This document shows positions 1 to 12,443 of a stretch of 64,000 nucleotides of DNA, in pieces; the first letter of the stretch is position 1, and every line of letters starts with the position of its first letter. The notes under the pieces are model-generated. The model ran no database searches. It was not told the DNA's origin and worked only from the letters and a program-made list of their open reading frames with translations. The DNA is taken from NCBI GenBank assembly GCA_030390025.1, contig CM059432.1, positions 113,276,001 through 113,340,000 on the forward strand. Direction: 5' to 3'. The position numbers and the translations under genes were made by a program. The DNA comes from Squalus acanthias. Taxonomy: Eukaryota.

Positions 1-299
1 GATACCCAGAGGTGACGACACAGTTTGTCTCGCTATGAAGTCAAAAACATTTTGCAGAGATGCAAAATGTACAATATAACTAGTAGTAGGGATTTAGTGG
101 TAAAACTCATGGACAGTAGCTGATGCTCACCATTCTGTAGTCACTTATACTGGCTCTGTGTCTATTCATGCTATTGATGAAACTCCAACAGATATTTTCA
201 GAAGTATTTGATGAGAGCTTAAGTGAATTTAACATTGCTGTTTGACTTTGATCTGCTTATCCAGGAACTAGGTACTAGGTTATCTCAGTTGGAATGGAG

Positions 300-400
300 G
301 GAAGAGGTACTTAGAGTGGGAGGAGGCTTGTGCGGAGGATAAACACCGCTATAGACCAGTTGGACCAAATGGCCCGTTTCTGTGCTGTAGATTTTATGCA
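300..400 (+). mobile_element. CR1 LINE 3' tail fragment
   Basis: Ends GACCAGTTGGACCAAATGGCCCGTTTCTGTGCTGTAGATTTTATG; the same tail occurs in reverse at about 41870-41950. Confidence 0.6.
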
Positions 401-404
401 AATC

Positions 405-1420
405 ACACCTTTGAGTTAGAAGGTTGTTGTTTCAAACCCCACTCTAGGACTTGAGGATGTAATATTGCCTGACACTTCAGTGCAATACTAAAGGAGTGCT
501 GCATTGTCAGACAGGCCGTCCTTTGGATGAATCGGTAAACTGAGACTCCGTCTGTCTCAGATTCAGGTGGTTCAGGTCGATGTAAAAGATCCCATTCTAG
601 TATTCGAAGAAGACTCAGCAGCTGTCCTGGTGCCAGGCCCACATTCCTCACTAAACCAACACCAAAAGACGTTCAGCTGACATCCATCTTGTTGGCATCT
701 GGAACTCGGTTAATTTCGCTTCTGAAAGGTGTTCATGTTTAGTTCATTCAATATGGGGGAAAAACGGTGGTTGGCATCATTAGAGTGAGAGAGAGAGAGA
801 TATAGATTTCACTTAGCAACAGCCAGTGTTCAAGATTGAAGTAAGGCCTTGGGATGTTTATAGTGTTGCCATATTGTAAACATCCCACCACATACCATTG
901 CAACCTTCGCAGGGGGATGCTGAAGTACAGATCGGTTGAAGGGCAGTACATTGAATGTAAACTACTGGACGGTGCATTTGACTGGAGACTACCAAATAAG
1001 GCCAGGCCACTTCCAGTTTGATAAAGAAAATAGTGTATAAGAAAGAAGCTTTTGTGTTAAGTTTGGAGAAGAGAGAGAGAAACCTTTCTTGGGTGCAAGC
1101 CTACACTCGGAACTGGTGATGAAACTCCGCTTGTAAACTGCGATATACTCTGAAGCAGTTATACTCTGCTTTTAGATTGTTTTTATGTTAAAGTAGGAAA
1201 AATAAAGTGATTGTAACCATAAGACTGAATTCTTTACTACTCAACGGAACAACAGAACACTGTTTAAAAACACATCTCATTTGTGGGAGATTGTTGTATG
1301 CAAATTGACTGCTGTGTTAGTCTACATGCCCACGCTTCAGAAAGTAATTCTTTGAATGTGAACACTTTGGGATGTCTGAAGGATGTGATAAGGGGCTATG
1401 TGAAAGCAAATTCTTTCTTT
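405..1420 (+). mobile_element. Deu-domain tRNA-derived SINE (SacSINE1/AmnSINE-like), split by a solo LTR
   Basis: Core GCCGTCCTTTGGATGA...AAAGATCCC...TTCGAAGAAGA...TGTCCTGG at 515-630; 3' tail resumes at 1273-1420; colinear with the reverse-strand copy at 55570-56008. Confidence 0.75.
690..1272 (+). mobile_element. Solo LTR (583 bp)
   Basis: TGTT...AACA termini; 5-bp TSD CATCT (685-689 / 1273-1277); TATA-like GTATAAG at ~1035; AATAAA at ~1201; interrupts a SINE. Confidence 0.8.
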
Positions 1421-1617
1421 AGTTAATCGCTAGCACTTATCTAAATATGAGCAGTATCTCTTGGTGTCTGCAGATCAACAATAAGAGGCTGAACGCCCTG
1501 TAACTTGAACAGTACTTAGCTGATAATTTTTGTCTCTCTCGCTTAAAAAGTAACTTAAGAAGCATCTGAACTATGTTTGGATTAGGAGGAGCCTATGTTA
1601 GGATTAATGGCCATAAG

Positions 1618-2311
1618 GGGCTAGAGTTCCTGCTTGTTTACGCTAGTAATATCAGTGCAATTCAGGCGCAAAAGGTCGAGGAATTTTAAGCGTAAGTGAG
1701 TTATGCCCAAAAGCACTTACGTTCGTGTTTTCCCCGCTCTTCAACGCTTGTTCAAGGTTCGATTCGCCCGGTTCAGGCCCCGCCCACAAAACCAGGTGGA
1801 TATTGCGAGACTCCGCTGATTGCGCTGCTTTGGGAGTGGTCTTCAAATTACGCTCATTTTCTACGCCACAGAGGCACGTTTTCAAAGATTATTCATATCA
1901 AACAATATATAATTTACTAAGATACTGACTAGTGTACACCAATGAAACTAGTAAATGGTTCAGTGTAGTTTTTTTTCCAAGTCATGTTCAGTGATTTTAA
2001 ATCCGGTCACTCACAGGTGGAAGACTGGACACCCTCATTAAAAAATGTAATTCTGTTGATAAACCCATTTTCAGCTGTATTAATAAAACTGCACTAGGTT
2101 ACCACTCTTAAATACATTAATGAATACTTTCGAATGGAAAGAATGGAAGAATTACATTCTATTACGCTGCCGGACTGCGCTGGTTCATGGAAGATTTTAC
2201 ATTTTTCATTATTCAAATGAATTTTAGTGGAAACTTGATCTGTAGTGTAGCAATTTCAAGTGCCTTTTGGGCGCTAGTTTCCAATTGCACCCAAAGCAGA
2301 AACTCTACCCC
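1618..2311. mobile_element. Harbinger-type MITE
   Basis: 18-bp TIR GGGCTAGAGTTCCTGCTT / AAGCAGAAACTCTACCCC (2 mismatches); 3-bp TSD AAG. Confidence 0.8.
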
Positions 2312-2621
2312 AAGTTCCTGTCACCCCAGGAAAACGGGCGCAGAGCTAAATCTATCCCACATGGTCCAGCAGTAACGTATGACTAAAAGCTTCCCTCCTC
2401 CCCACAGATGCGCACACCTTCATTCTGTGTGACAGCAGCTCTGCTCTGCTGAGGAAAAACAAGATCGCATTGATCAGCGATGTTTGTTTTTAAAATAATA
2501 AACAGCAAGTGACCAGAATATAAGTCAACACCTGTTACCCTGCTTTGTCTTTAGGGCAGTTTGTTGGTTGCCTTTAGCAAGACAGTACTGGAATCCTAAA
2601 AATAAGCAATTCAAACATTAT

Positions 2622-2972
2622 TGACAGGGTAGATGGTTGTTCCCCTGGCTGGAGAGTCTAGAACTAGGGGGCATAGTCTCAGGATAAGGGGTCGGCCATT
2701 TAAGACCGAGATGAGGAGGAATTTCTTCACTCAGAGGGTTGTAAATCTTTGGAATTCTCTACCCCAGAGGGGCTGTGGATGCTGAGTCTTTGAGTATATT
2801 CAAGGCTGAGATTGATAGGTTTTTGGGCACTAAGGGAATCAAGGGATATGGGGATAGGGTGGGAAAGTGAAGTTGATGTAGAAGTTCAGCCATGATATTA
2901 TTGAATAGCGGAGCAGGCTTGATGGGCCATATGGTTGATTACTGCTGCTCCTATTTCTTATGTTCTTATGTT
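2622..2972 (+). mobile_element. CR1 LINE 3' fragment
   Basis: Encodes the CR1 ORF2 C-terminus (..RGRPFKTEMRRNFFTQRVVNLWNSLP..) followed by a CTCCTATTTCTTATGTTCTTATGTT tail. Confidence 0.85.
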
Positions 2973-3330
2973 AACATTCCCTATGAAGAACATCAAGCAA
3001 CTTCACCAGAAAATGAGAGTTCAGAAAAGTATGTGAACTACTGTACTTCTCCGACTGACCAGTGAGGGTCATTGTACAACAATTTTAGCTGAATGCAGAA
3101 GTCTCCCAGAGAAACAAACATTTTTAATGCTGATTTTTAACCACCTGCTAAACATGCAATTAGATAAATATTTGATAAGAACTCATGAGTGTGTGGAGTA
3201 AGAAAAGAACATTCCGCTTATCAAACTAAATCTTCCCAGCAGACCATGCTCAAGTTGCATTATCATAGACTCTCCTGAACTTAGTTAATCTCCTGAACAA
3301 GGCAAATAACCGAAACCAAAAGAAGTCCTT

Positions 3331-5385
3331 GGGCTGGATTTTACCAGCCCCGAGCAGGCAGGTTTGAAGGTGGGTCAGGTAGGAAAGTTGTAAAAAATGA
3401 CGCAGGTTCCGATCCCGCCGTCAACCCGCCTCTGTGCAACTTTGCCAGAGGCGGGCTTGCAGACTCCGTTTCGGTCCCGCCTCCAAGCGGCGAGATAGGC
3501 CCTTAAGGCACATAACTGCTACTTAACAACCTCTGTAATCCCATTTTGAGAGGCCTTTCAAATTTTGCCACATTTCCAGCGTGCTGCACATCTCTCCTGA
3601 AACACGCCAGCTAATCCTGTCGGGTTTACACGTGGCAGGCTTCCTAACAGCTGCAGCTCCACCATAAAAACGGAGCTCTCAACAAGGATCAGTTGCAGGT
3701 GGCAGAACTTTGTTTTCTCAGGTCTTGGAGAACTTTTTGCAGGTCTACTGATCTTGGAAGTGGTGAAGCTGTGATCCATCTCCACTGTGACCTCCTGAGA
3801 AAACCCTCTCCCCACCTTGACTGAGCGCTTCCTCAACTGAGACAATGGACAAGAACCTGCGGCTTCCTATCACTCTGACCACCATCAGGACAAATCCAAG
3901 TCACCCTGAGCCCTCAATGTGGAACTTCCATTTGCGAAATGACACAACCAGAACTTCAACTGAGGTATATGCCGAGCTGGGAGCGCCCTGCTGCCTCCGA
4001 CGAGGACTCTCCACTGCTGTCCCTGCTGATGCTCACTTGTGAGCTGTGATACACCAGGCGACAACACTACTCTATCTCCCAAAGGTCCCACTGAGGTGTG
4101 AGTGTCTGCGCTGGTGCTGGGTGCGCTTAATTCTGCTGACGCTGCGCCCTCAGAGGCTGCAGCTTCCTCTGAGGAGTCTGGTGGCTCAGGCTGTTCCTCC
4201 TGGACAGTGGGGAGGGGGCTGTCGATGGTCCTGTGGGGGAGTAAAGGAAAGAGTTAGACATGTGATATTAACGTAGCATGCACATGGACTTGTGCAGATG
4301 ATCATAAGTCAATCTGTTTGAGCATCAGAAGCCATATCAGTCACTCATGCAATGTCAATGAGAGAGATGCAAAACTATTCTGTCACCAGCTTGCTCTGAT
4401 GCGCCCGTCTGTCCGTCCCCCACTTCCACATCCTCCTCGGCTCCCACGATCTCTAGGGCCGCCTCTTCTGCGCTGGTAAGATGAGCTATTGAGGGTGGCC
4501 CTCCTCCTGTCTTCGCCCTTTCCCTCTTATTGTGGGCTCTCTTTTCCTGCAATGAGGGACACAAGTGGAGTTTGAGTGAGAATGAAGGAGTGAGTGTAGA
4601 GAATCCATAGCATAGATGCTTAGAAGGACACAAAGATGGAGTGATGTCCCAAGACCAAGGGCCCTCCCTTTGTGTTGTTAGTTGTTGTCATAGCATAACA
4701 GTGATAGGGCGTGCGAGGCCAGCATAGTCGAATAGTTAAGTGATTGTGTACATAGAGATGTAAGGGTAAAGTGGGATGTGGAGGAGTAGGATGACAATGC
4801 AGAGTGCTGGTGATGAGAGGCGATGGGGAGCAGATTGAGGGTAATGGTGATGTTATACTCAATTTTCCTGTGCGGACAAGGTAATTAATCCTCTTTCGGC
4901 ACTGCAGCCAGGTTCTGCTGCACATTGATCTCGAACTGACCTCCTGTGCCAGTTGCAGCCACACAGCTTTCATCTGCTGGGGAGGTTTTTTCCTTCCAGA
5001 GGAAGGAAACAGCATCTCCTTCTGAGCTCTGGCTCCCTCCACCAGAGCATGGAGTGAGTCATCATCAAACCAGGGTGAGGCCTTGGCCCTTGAACGAGAC
5101 ATTTCAAGAGCACCAAACCATTAGAAGTTTAGCAAATAATAGTTTTGAGGCAGAAAATGAACCAAGGCTGCTTGGAGCCCTTAAATGCAGCTGCATAAAT
5201 GACGTCATCAGAGGCGAGTTTCAGGCCCAAAAGACTCATTGGGCCAGGGGTGCGCACACGCTGGGAATCAATTGCGCAATTAGGGCAAAATAGTGAAATT
5301 ATCCCGCCTGATGTCGGAGGCGGGAGCGGGACCCACCGACCACCTGACCTGCCCCCAACCCACCACCAATGGCAAAATCCAGCCC
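3331..5385 (-). mobile_element. Non-autonomous Harbinger transposon carrying a Myb/SANT gene
   Basis: TIR GGGCTGGATTTTACCA / TGGCAAAATCCAGCCC; TSD CTT (3328-3330 / 5386-5388); Myb/SANT exons inside. Confidence 0.88.
4020..5102 (-). pseudogene. Harbinger Myb/SANT (trihelix-like) DNA-binding gene, spliced, degraded
   Basis: Exon 1 MSRSRAKASPWFDDDSLHALV..W..A..V....RTWLQCRKRINYL (5102-~4863); exon 2 EKRAHNKRERAKTGGGPP (~4546-4387); exon 3 from ~4230. Left boundary is approximate. Confidence 0.75.
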
Positions 5386-5765
5386 CTTATGTCCCTGAAG
5401 GTAATGGGTGGAAAAACTCCACAATGTCAATCTACGTGGTCCAATGCTGACTAGTCACATTTCTAACCTGCTTGAACCTGGAGTGCATGGCTGACTGGTT
5501 AAGGTGCACCTACTGGAGCTTGGAACGACCCAGACACAAAAGTGTGGGCAGCAGGTGACATAGGGCAGTGACAGCCTCGCGGCTGAATCTTGACCCCTAA
5601 AAACAGGTGTGTTGGGGTCAGGTGAGATGTTAAAACTTTAAGGGCTAAAAATTCGATAGCCATGAAAACGGGCATGGGGATCACGATGTGCGATTATTTC
5701 GCGCCCGCACAAAGTAATGCAGGCAGCATGCAAACTGCATGCTGCCTACTAATTTAAATGATAGT

Positions 5766-5968
5766 CATGATGTGGAGATGCCGGTGTTGGACTGGGGTGG
5801 ACAAATGTGAGAAGTCGCACAACACCAGGTTATAGTCCAACAGCTTTATTTGAAATCACAAGCTTTCGGAGCGTTGCTCCTTCACCTGACGAAGGAGCAG
5901 CGCTCCGAAAGCTTGTGATTTCAAATAAAGCTGTTGGACTATAACCTGGTGTTGTGCGACTTCTCACA
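5766..5968 (+). mobile_element. Short Penelope-like (pLTR) palindromic insertion
   Basis: Near-perfect ~80-bp inverted arms (5804-5884 / 5891-5970); 12-bp TSD TTAAATGATAGT (5754-5765 / 5969-5980); hammerhead core at the centre. Confidence 0.75.
5882..5918 (+). ncRNA. Minimal type I hammerhead ribozyme motif
   Basis: TCAC-CTGACGA-A-GGAGC(AGC)GCTCC-GAAA-GCTT-GTGA: conserved CUGANGA/GAAA core, 5-bp stem II, palindromic AAGCTT stem III and stem I TCAC/GTGA. Confidence 0.75.
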
Positions 5969-7586
5969 TTAAATGATAGTGGCATTGCTGATTGGCTGCA
6001 CGCTCAACAGGTGCGAGGCTAGCACCAATTAAAGCTAGTTTGCAGTTCTTAAAGCCAGCCTGCACCTCTTAAAGGGGAGGTGCAGTTTGACGACACCAGG
6101 TGCTGGAAGTAATTTGCAGAAGGGAGTTTCACCTGGGAAACATACAGGGATGGCACAGCAGGCCAGAGAAAGGGCTCCAAGGTTCTCAGACGCAGCACTG
6201 GAGGACTTGGTGGAGGAAATGGAGAGGAGGTGAGACGTCCTGTTTCCACAGGGGGCCAGGAGGCCCTCTAGACAGACACTGTAAACGCAGTGGGTGTAGC
6301 TAGCCACAGAGGTCAATGCCAACGGCGTTGACCTGAGCACCTGGATGAAGTGCCGGAAGAAGTTCAATGACCTCACACGAGTGGTCAAGGTCAGTGAATG
6401 CATCTTCAAATGCCATATCCCACTAATGCACCACTAGCCTCACACACTGCTCAATGCACCCCACCCCCAACAATCTCAATCACGACTCATACCTCAAATG
6501 CATATGCTCCATCTCACCCTCACACACTTAACACTGCTGCAAGCCTCACACCCACATCTTACAGCTTGCATACACTGCCAGCTATTCAAGAATAACATCA
6601 CCCAAACACATTGCACCACACTCACAGACACACTTCCCTCTCTCTTGCAGGACAAGGTGGCACACAATCGTAGGCAGCGGCAGCTAACAGGAGGGGGACA
6701 AGCGCGCCTCCATATCCTGACCCCACTCGAGGAGACGGTGCTCGGCATAATTGGAGTGGCTGTGACTGAGGCCGTGGCCAGCGGCGGGACTGAAACCACT
6801 AGAATATGACGGTATGCTCATACCTGATCCTCCTTCTCACATCCCACTTCCCCCTCATCCCACTATCTCTTCTCAATTAGAAGCAGCAGATGGTGTAAGA
6901 ATCTACCTCTTGCTTTCCCTCAGATACTGGGTAGCTTAGAGGCAGGAACTGCACGTGATGAGACACCAGGCATGAGTGGCCTGCAGCCAGGGCAAGGGCA
7001 AAGGGTAGCACAGGTGCCAGCTCGCCAGAGGGCGAGGTCGCATACGTGTTCTGCTGCAGAGGACGCAGATGAGGACTTTGATGGGGCGGCCTACAGAACA
7101 AAGCTGATGGGTACGCACAACGAAGTGCTTGGTGCATTGGCAGGCCTGCCAGAAAGCCTGAATGCAATGTCAAGGTGGATGGAGAAGTTCAGCTCCAACC
7201 TTGCACAGGGCTTTGCTCAGAGCTTGGAGCCCATCCTTTGCAGCATGGAAGGGTGGGCAGATCCATTAGCACACTTGTGGACCCAACCATGATGCTGCAT
7301 CTGATGGCCGATGTCTCAGCTTCCATTGCAGCACAAGCAGCAGCCACCCAACGTCTGGGTGCTGCAATGGAAGCTCAGATTGAAGTCATGCAAGCTCAGC
7401 TTGTTGCCACACAAGCACAGACCGCTGTCATCATGGCTGGGTTTACCAGCGTTGAAAGGGGCTTGCAGGGTGTCACAGCAGTTCAGCAACCTGTCCTCCA
7501 GCAGATTACTAGGATTGTTGAGGCGCCGCCCTGGGCAAGTGGCAGTGGCTCCGTGGAGGACAACCCTGCTGTCCTCTCTCAGGATG

Positions 7587-8651
7587 TGTAAGAGGGTTTC
7601 ACCTCAAACTTAAAGATTCGAATTTAACTCCATTTTGCTAATGGTAGGTGTTTATTGGTAAGTACAATAGAAATCAATACAGCCAAAAGACTAATGGCCC
7701 AGAAATTTGCCTCTCCGGCTTGCCGCGGGGGTAAGGATCGCGCGCGCACTTACCTACCGCGCCTGTAATTTACAGCTCTGAACAAGATTACCCCGTTCAG
7801 CTACTGGACAGAGTAGCGTGCGATGTCTCCGTTGTTCTGCTAGCTGAGAGGAGCATTAGGCATTTGCCATCATTGATCCACTCCTCAGGCTAGGATACTT
7901 GAGGGGTGTTAGGCTCAGATGGTCAGCATGGATCCACCACTGCAAGTGTCTTTCCTCTACATCTGTATATCTCAGGTTAAACAGTCTCCTTATATTCCTT
8001 TGTGCCCAGTACAACTAACTCTTCTTATCCAATCATAGCGTGACACCCATAGCTGATGCAAGAGTTTTGAACATTCATTCTTCATGTGAATAGTCCCATA
8101 TTTGGTTAATCTAATGGGTGCCTTTTATGCTGTCTGTGAAAGTTCGGTTTTGTAGCTGTGATCTCACCTTGACCCGTGACGTAGCTTCACAATGACAGGA
8201 TGCAGCTGTAATAGGATGCAGCAATTAGCTTAGCTGAACCTTACAAAATCTGATAAGCATTAACACTCGTATCTTTCAGCAGTAATTGCAGTCTTACAAA
8301 AAGAAATGCTCACAAAGCTTGATACATTTTATAATCTCACAGTCCCCACCTTCAGGGGGAAGGATCCTTTCCGACCCCTCACTCAAACTTATTTCTTATC
8401 TTTCTGCATGAGGCCCACTAATTCTAAATTATTAGCATGTCAATCAAGTCTTCTAAGCATACATCTCAAGCAACACATGATACAGTGTACAGAAAATCAC
8501 AGTATACAGAAAGATTCAGTTTAACATTTAATCAATAAATCATGGACTTAAAAGTTTCTCAAGCACTCAATTTACTCATATCCATCTGGTGGATAATTCT
8601 TGCTAAGTTTAATTTCTCCCTCGCCCTCAATTGTCCCAATTCGACTTCTAT
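7587..8651 (-). mobile_element. Probable LTR fragment, interrupted by the next Harbinger
   Basis: Begins TGTAAG exactly where the Myb exon breaks; TTTATT at ~7651; possible far terminus CTTCA at 12975, but no TSD match. Contains a MITE end at ~7696-7763 resembling 36869-36940. Confidence 0.5.
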
Positions 8652-9010
8652 GGGGGCGAAATTCATTATCGCCCAGGAATGGGCGCTAACTTCTGAAAAG
8701 TTTGAGATTTAGCGCCAGGTGCTAATGAACCGCGCTGCACGCAAAATTCATTGTCATCGCTCAAAGAAAGGATGGGAGCGCTAAATCAAGCACTAACGGC
8801 CTAGCTCAGTGGCGTTAGACTCAAAGCGCTAAGCAATTTCAGGTGCAGTCTAATCGCAAGTCATCATTGCCACAGGCTCTTTCCAGTTCTTAAAGGGGAG
8901 GTTCAATCATGCTGCAGAACCTCATTCTCTGCATTGCTGGTTCTCCAGCTGTCTCAGCCGGCAGCAGAAGGCCAAGGAGAAGGAACCGGATCACTGAAGG
9001 AGGCGTCATT

Positions 9011-11136
9011 ATGGCAGATCAACGGCCCAGGGACAGAGCTCGCAGATTCTGCCACCAAGCATTGGAGGCGTTGGTCTTCGCTGTGGAGAGACGGAGGGCG
9101 GTGCTCTACCCAGCAAGTGGCAGGAGGCCCTCGCCGCAAGTCTTCCGCACCATGTGGAGGGAGGTAGCACAGCAGGTCTCAGGTAGCACTGTGGTCCCCA
9201 GGACACACACACAGTGCAGGAAGAAATTTAATGACCTCACTCGGGTGGTCAGGGTGAGTCAATGCTTCAACAAATGCTACATACCACCATCGTAACCACA
9301 GTATGCACACACTGCCCAAAGCACCACACCCCAACACTCACTCATCAACAATCTCCACCTACCAACACTCACACCCACATCTCACACCTTGCACACAATG
9401 ACAGCTATTCAACTATGGCAGGCACATCTCCCAAACACATTGCTCCACACTCACTCACACACTTTCCTATCTTTTGCAGGCCAAGGTCACTCGCAACAGG
9501 AGGGAGCAGGAGCGCACAGGCGGGGGACAAGCCGACACCCAACCACTGTCTGAGCTGGAGGAAAGAGTGCTGCAAATCATTGGGCACCAGGTAGTGGGCG
9601 CCGTGGCCACCGGTGATGTTGACCCTCTTGGGGACAACAACGGTATGTTCATCCCTACTCCTTCTTCCCACATCGCCCTCACCCCACAAGCCATTCCCAC
9701 TTTGCAGCTAATCATGCTGTATGCATACATTTCTCCCTTCCTGCTCCCTCCCCTCACCTTAACCCGACTCTTGTGCCTTTGTGCTTTCAGATAATGAGCA
9801 AGCACCTGAGCAGCCTGGCCCTGAGGGCACCGTAGAGAGTGAGGTAGGAGAAGAGAAGGACGAAGAACACATCGCGTCACTGCATGTCTCACCCACAGGC
9901 ACCACCAACAACAACAACAACTTTTATTTATATAGTGCCTTTAAAGTAGTAAAACGTCCCAAGGCGCTGCACAGGAGTATTTTAAGACAAAAAATTTGAC
10001 ACCGATCCACATAAGGATAAATTAGGGCAGGTGAGAGGTAGGTTTTAAGGAGCATCTTAAAGGAGGAAAGAGAGGTAGCGAGGCGGATAGGTTTAGGCAG
10101 GGAATTCCAGAGCTTTGGGCCTAGGCAACAGAAGGCAGGCACCAGCTCAGATACTGGCGCTGTGTGTTCTATAGAGGCTAGAATAGTAACGGGAACTGCA
10201 CAGGGTGATGCACCGGGGATGAGGGGGCTGCAGCAAGGACAGGGGGAAAGGGTCGCTCGGGAGTCAGCTCCCCGGAGGGCGAGATCTGCTGCACAGGACT
10301 CAGATGAGGACCTCGATGGGGAGTCCTTCAGAAGAAGGGTGATGGGCATGCACACGGAGATGATAGGTGCAATGGCAAGGGTGCCCGAGAGCCTCTCGGC
10401 AATGGTAAGGAGCGTGGAGGAGTCCGCCTCCAACATTGCACAGAGCTCTGCGCACATCATGGAGCCCATCATTTCCAGTCTGCAAAGGATGGTGGACTCC
10501 CAGAGAGACCGTGGCAACCCAGACCTGATGCCACGTGTGATGAGCGATGTCACAGCTTCCATTGCAACATAGGTGGAAGCCACGCAACGTCTTAGTGCTG
10601 TAATGCAGTCTATGGTTGGTGCCTTCCAATCTCAGACTGCTCTCATGCAGTCTCAGCTTGATGCCAGTCAAGCTCTGACTACTGCCATCATAGCTGGGTC
10701 TACCACCATCCACCGGGGCTTTCACGGTGTCGCAGCAGGCCAGCAATCTGTGCTCCAACAGATTGCTAGTGATGCTGAGGTGCTGCCCCGGGGGAGTGGC
10801 AGTGAGTCAGTGGAGCAGGAAGCTGCTGTCCTCTCTCAGGATCACAGCATTCCTGCTCCCACCACTGGCACTCCGCCATTGTCCTTGTCGCTGCCTGTCA
10901 TCCAGCCAGCCCAGACTGCTGCCGCCCATGCTAAGGTGGTGCAGTCTACAGCCGGGCCTTCCAGGCCCAGAGCTGGCCGAGGGCGTCCTGCAAGACCATC
11001 TGAAGTCTCCCGCATGGACACTCAGCAGCCTTCCACCCGCCCTGCTGCAACCACTGGGCCAACACTTTGTAGGAGCTCTAGAGTAGGCAAAGGCACAGTA
11101 ACGAGAGGCAATAAGGGATTCCACAAGGGTGAATAG
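9011..11136 (+). pseudogene. Harbinger Myb/SANT protein, 3 exons, ~503 aa when reconstructed
   Basis: Exons 9011-9253 (GTGAGT donor), 9480-9642 (GTATGT donor), 9791-11136. Frame is preserved after removing the insertion 9905-10144; one premature TAG at 10570-10572. Confidence 0.85.
9905..10135 (-). mobile_element. L2-type LINE 3' fragment inserted in Myb exon 3
   Basis: 9-bp TSD CAGGCACCA (9896-9904 / 10136-10144); encodes LWNSLPKPIRLATSLSSFKMLLKTYL; (GTT)n tail. Confidence 0.8.
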
Positions 11137-11304
11137 TTAATATTGTTGTTTTAAATATGTGTTCACTGATTATTGATAAATTTATTAATTGGCTTTGGAT
11201 GATTTTGTGCTGTCTTTCATTTCAGCTTAGCGTTGTGATATGGCCTGCGACAGGGATGGAATGATGGGGATGTGGTGAGCAACGGGGATCTGGGATTTAA
11301 TTTA

Positions 11305-12443
11305 TTAGAACCGCAGTCTGCTGAGGCGGTCACGGAAGGCCGATTGAGTGGCTGCCTCTGCCCTCACTCCTGCTCCTCCTCCTCCTCGTCCTCCTCCTTT
11401 CCCTCTTCCTCCTGCTGAGGTGGTCCCACAATCCCTGGTAGCAAGGGCTGGGCCCTCATGATGGCCAAGTTGTGGAACATGCAGCTGACCACGACGAAAT
11501 GGGACACCCATTCAGCCAAGTACTGGAGGGCTCATCCCGAGCAGTTAAGGCAGCAGGACCATTGCTTGGGCATGCCGATGATCTGCTCGATGATGTTCCT
11601 GGTGGCAGCATGGCTCTCATTATATGAGTGCTGGGCAGGAGAGTTGGAGTTGCGGAGGGGAGTCATGAGCCAGGTGGAGAGCAGATAGCCCTTGTCTCTG
11701 AGCAGCCAGCTTGATGTGGTGGCTGGAAGAGTGCTGGCACACCAGTCCAGCACAGGATGAAGGCATCGTGGATGCTGCCAGGATAGCGGACATTCACATT
11801 GAGGATTCGTTGTCTGGTCGCACACCAACTGCACAGTCAGTGAGTGGTAGCCTTTGCGGTAACGGAAGATCTCAGGATTGTTATGCGGTGCCCGCAAAGC
11901 CATGTGGGGGCAGTCAATGGCGCCCTGCAGCATGGGGAAGCCCGCTATCCTGGCAAAGCCACATGCACGCTCGTCCTGCTTCGCTCTGGTGATGGAGAAG
12001 GTAATGTAGTCCCTTCTCCTACTGTAGCAAGCCTCTGTGACCTCCCGGATGCAGCGATGGACGACGAACTGCGAGATGTTCGCTATATCTCCTGTTGCAG
12101 ACTGGAAGGAACCGCTGGTGAAGAAATTGAGGGCGACGGTGACCTTGACTGCCACTGAGAGAGCCATGGTCGCCCTAATCTGAGGCTTGAGGTCTGGTTG
12201 TAGGAGGTGGCAGTGTTCAGTGACCACATCCTTGCTGAAGTGGAGCCTTCTAATACACTGCTCCTCGCTTAATTGGAGGTAGGAGAAGTGCTCTCGGAAT
12301 ACCCTTGGAGGGTAAGGCCTCCTGTTGAGAGCCCTGATGGCCCTTCTCCTCCCTCTGGGCACATCTTGCAATCTTTCTCGCTGCCTCCGCTCCCTCCGCC
12401 ATAGATCCTGGAGGGCCAGTTCGACTGCCAGTACAGCCCCCAT
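11305..12443 (-). pseudogene. Harbinger DDE transposase (HARBI1-like), frameshifted
   Basis: Motifs GFPMLQGAIDCPH, RKGYHSLTVQLVCD, DKGY..WLMTP, YNESHAATRNIIEQ; single exon; frameshifts in the 3' half. Confidence 0.9.

Larger units (their letters stand above)
5579..7586 (+). mobile_element. Harbinger transposon, left part with Myb/SANT pseudogene
   Basis: ATG at 6150, MAQQARERAPRFSDAALEDLV..KCRKKFNDLTRVVK|GT; exon 2 6651-~6811 (DKVAHNRRQRQLTGGG); exon 3 from ~6923; truncated at 7586. Confidence 0.8.
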
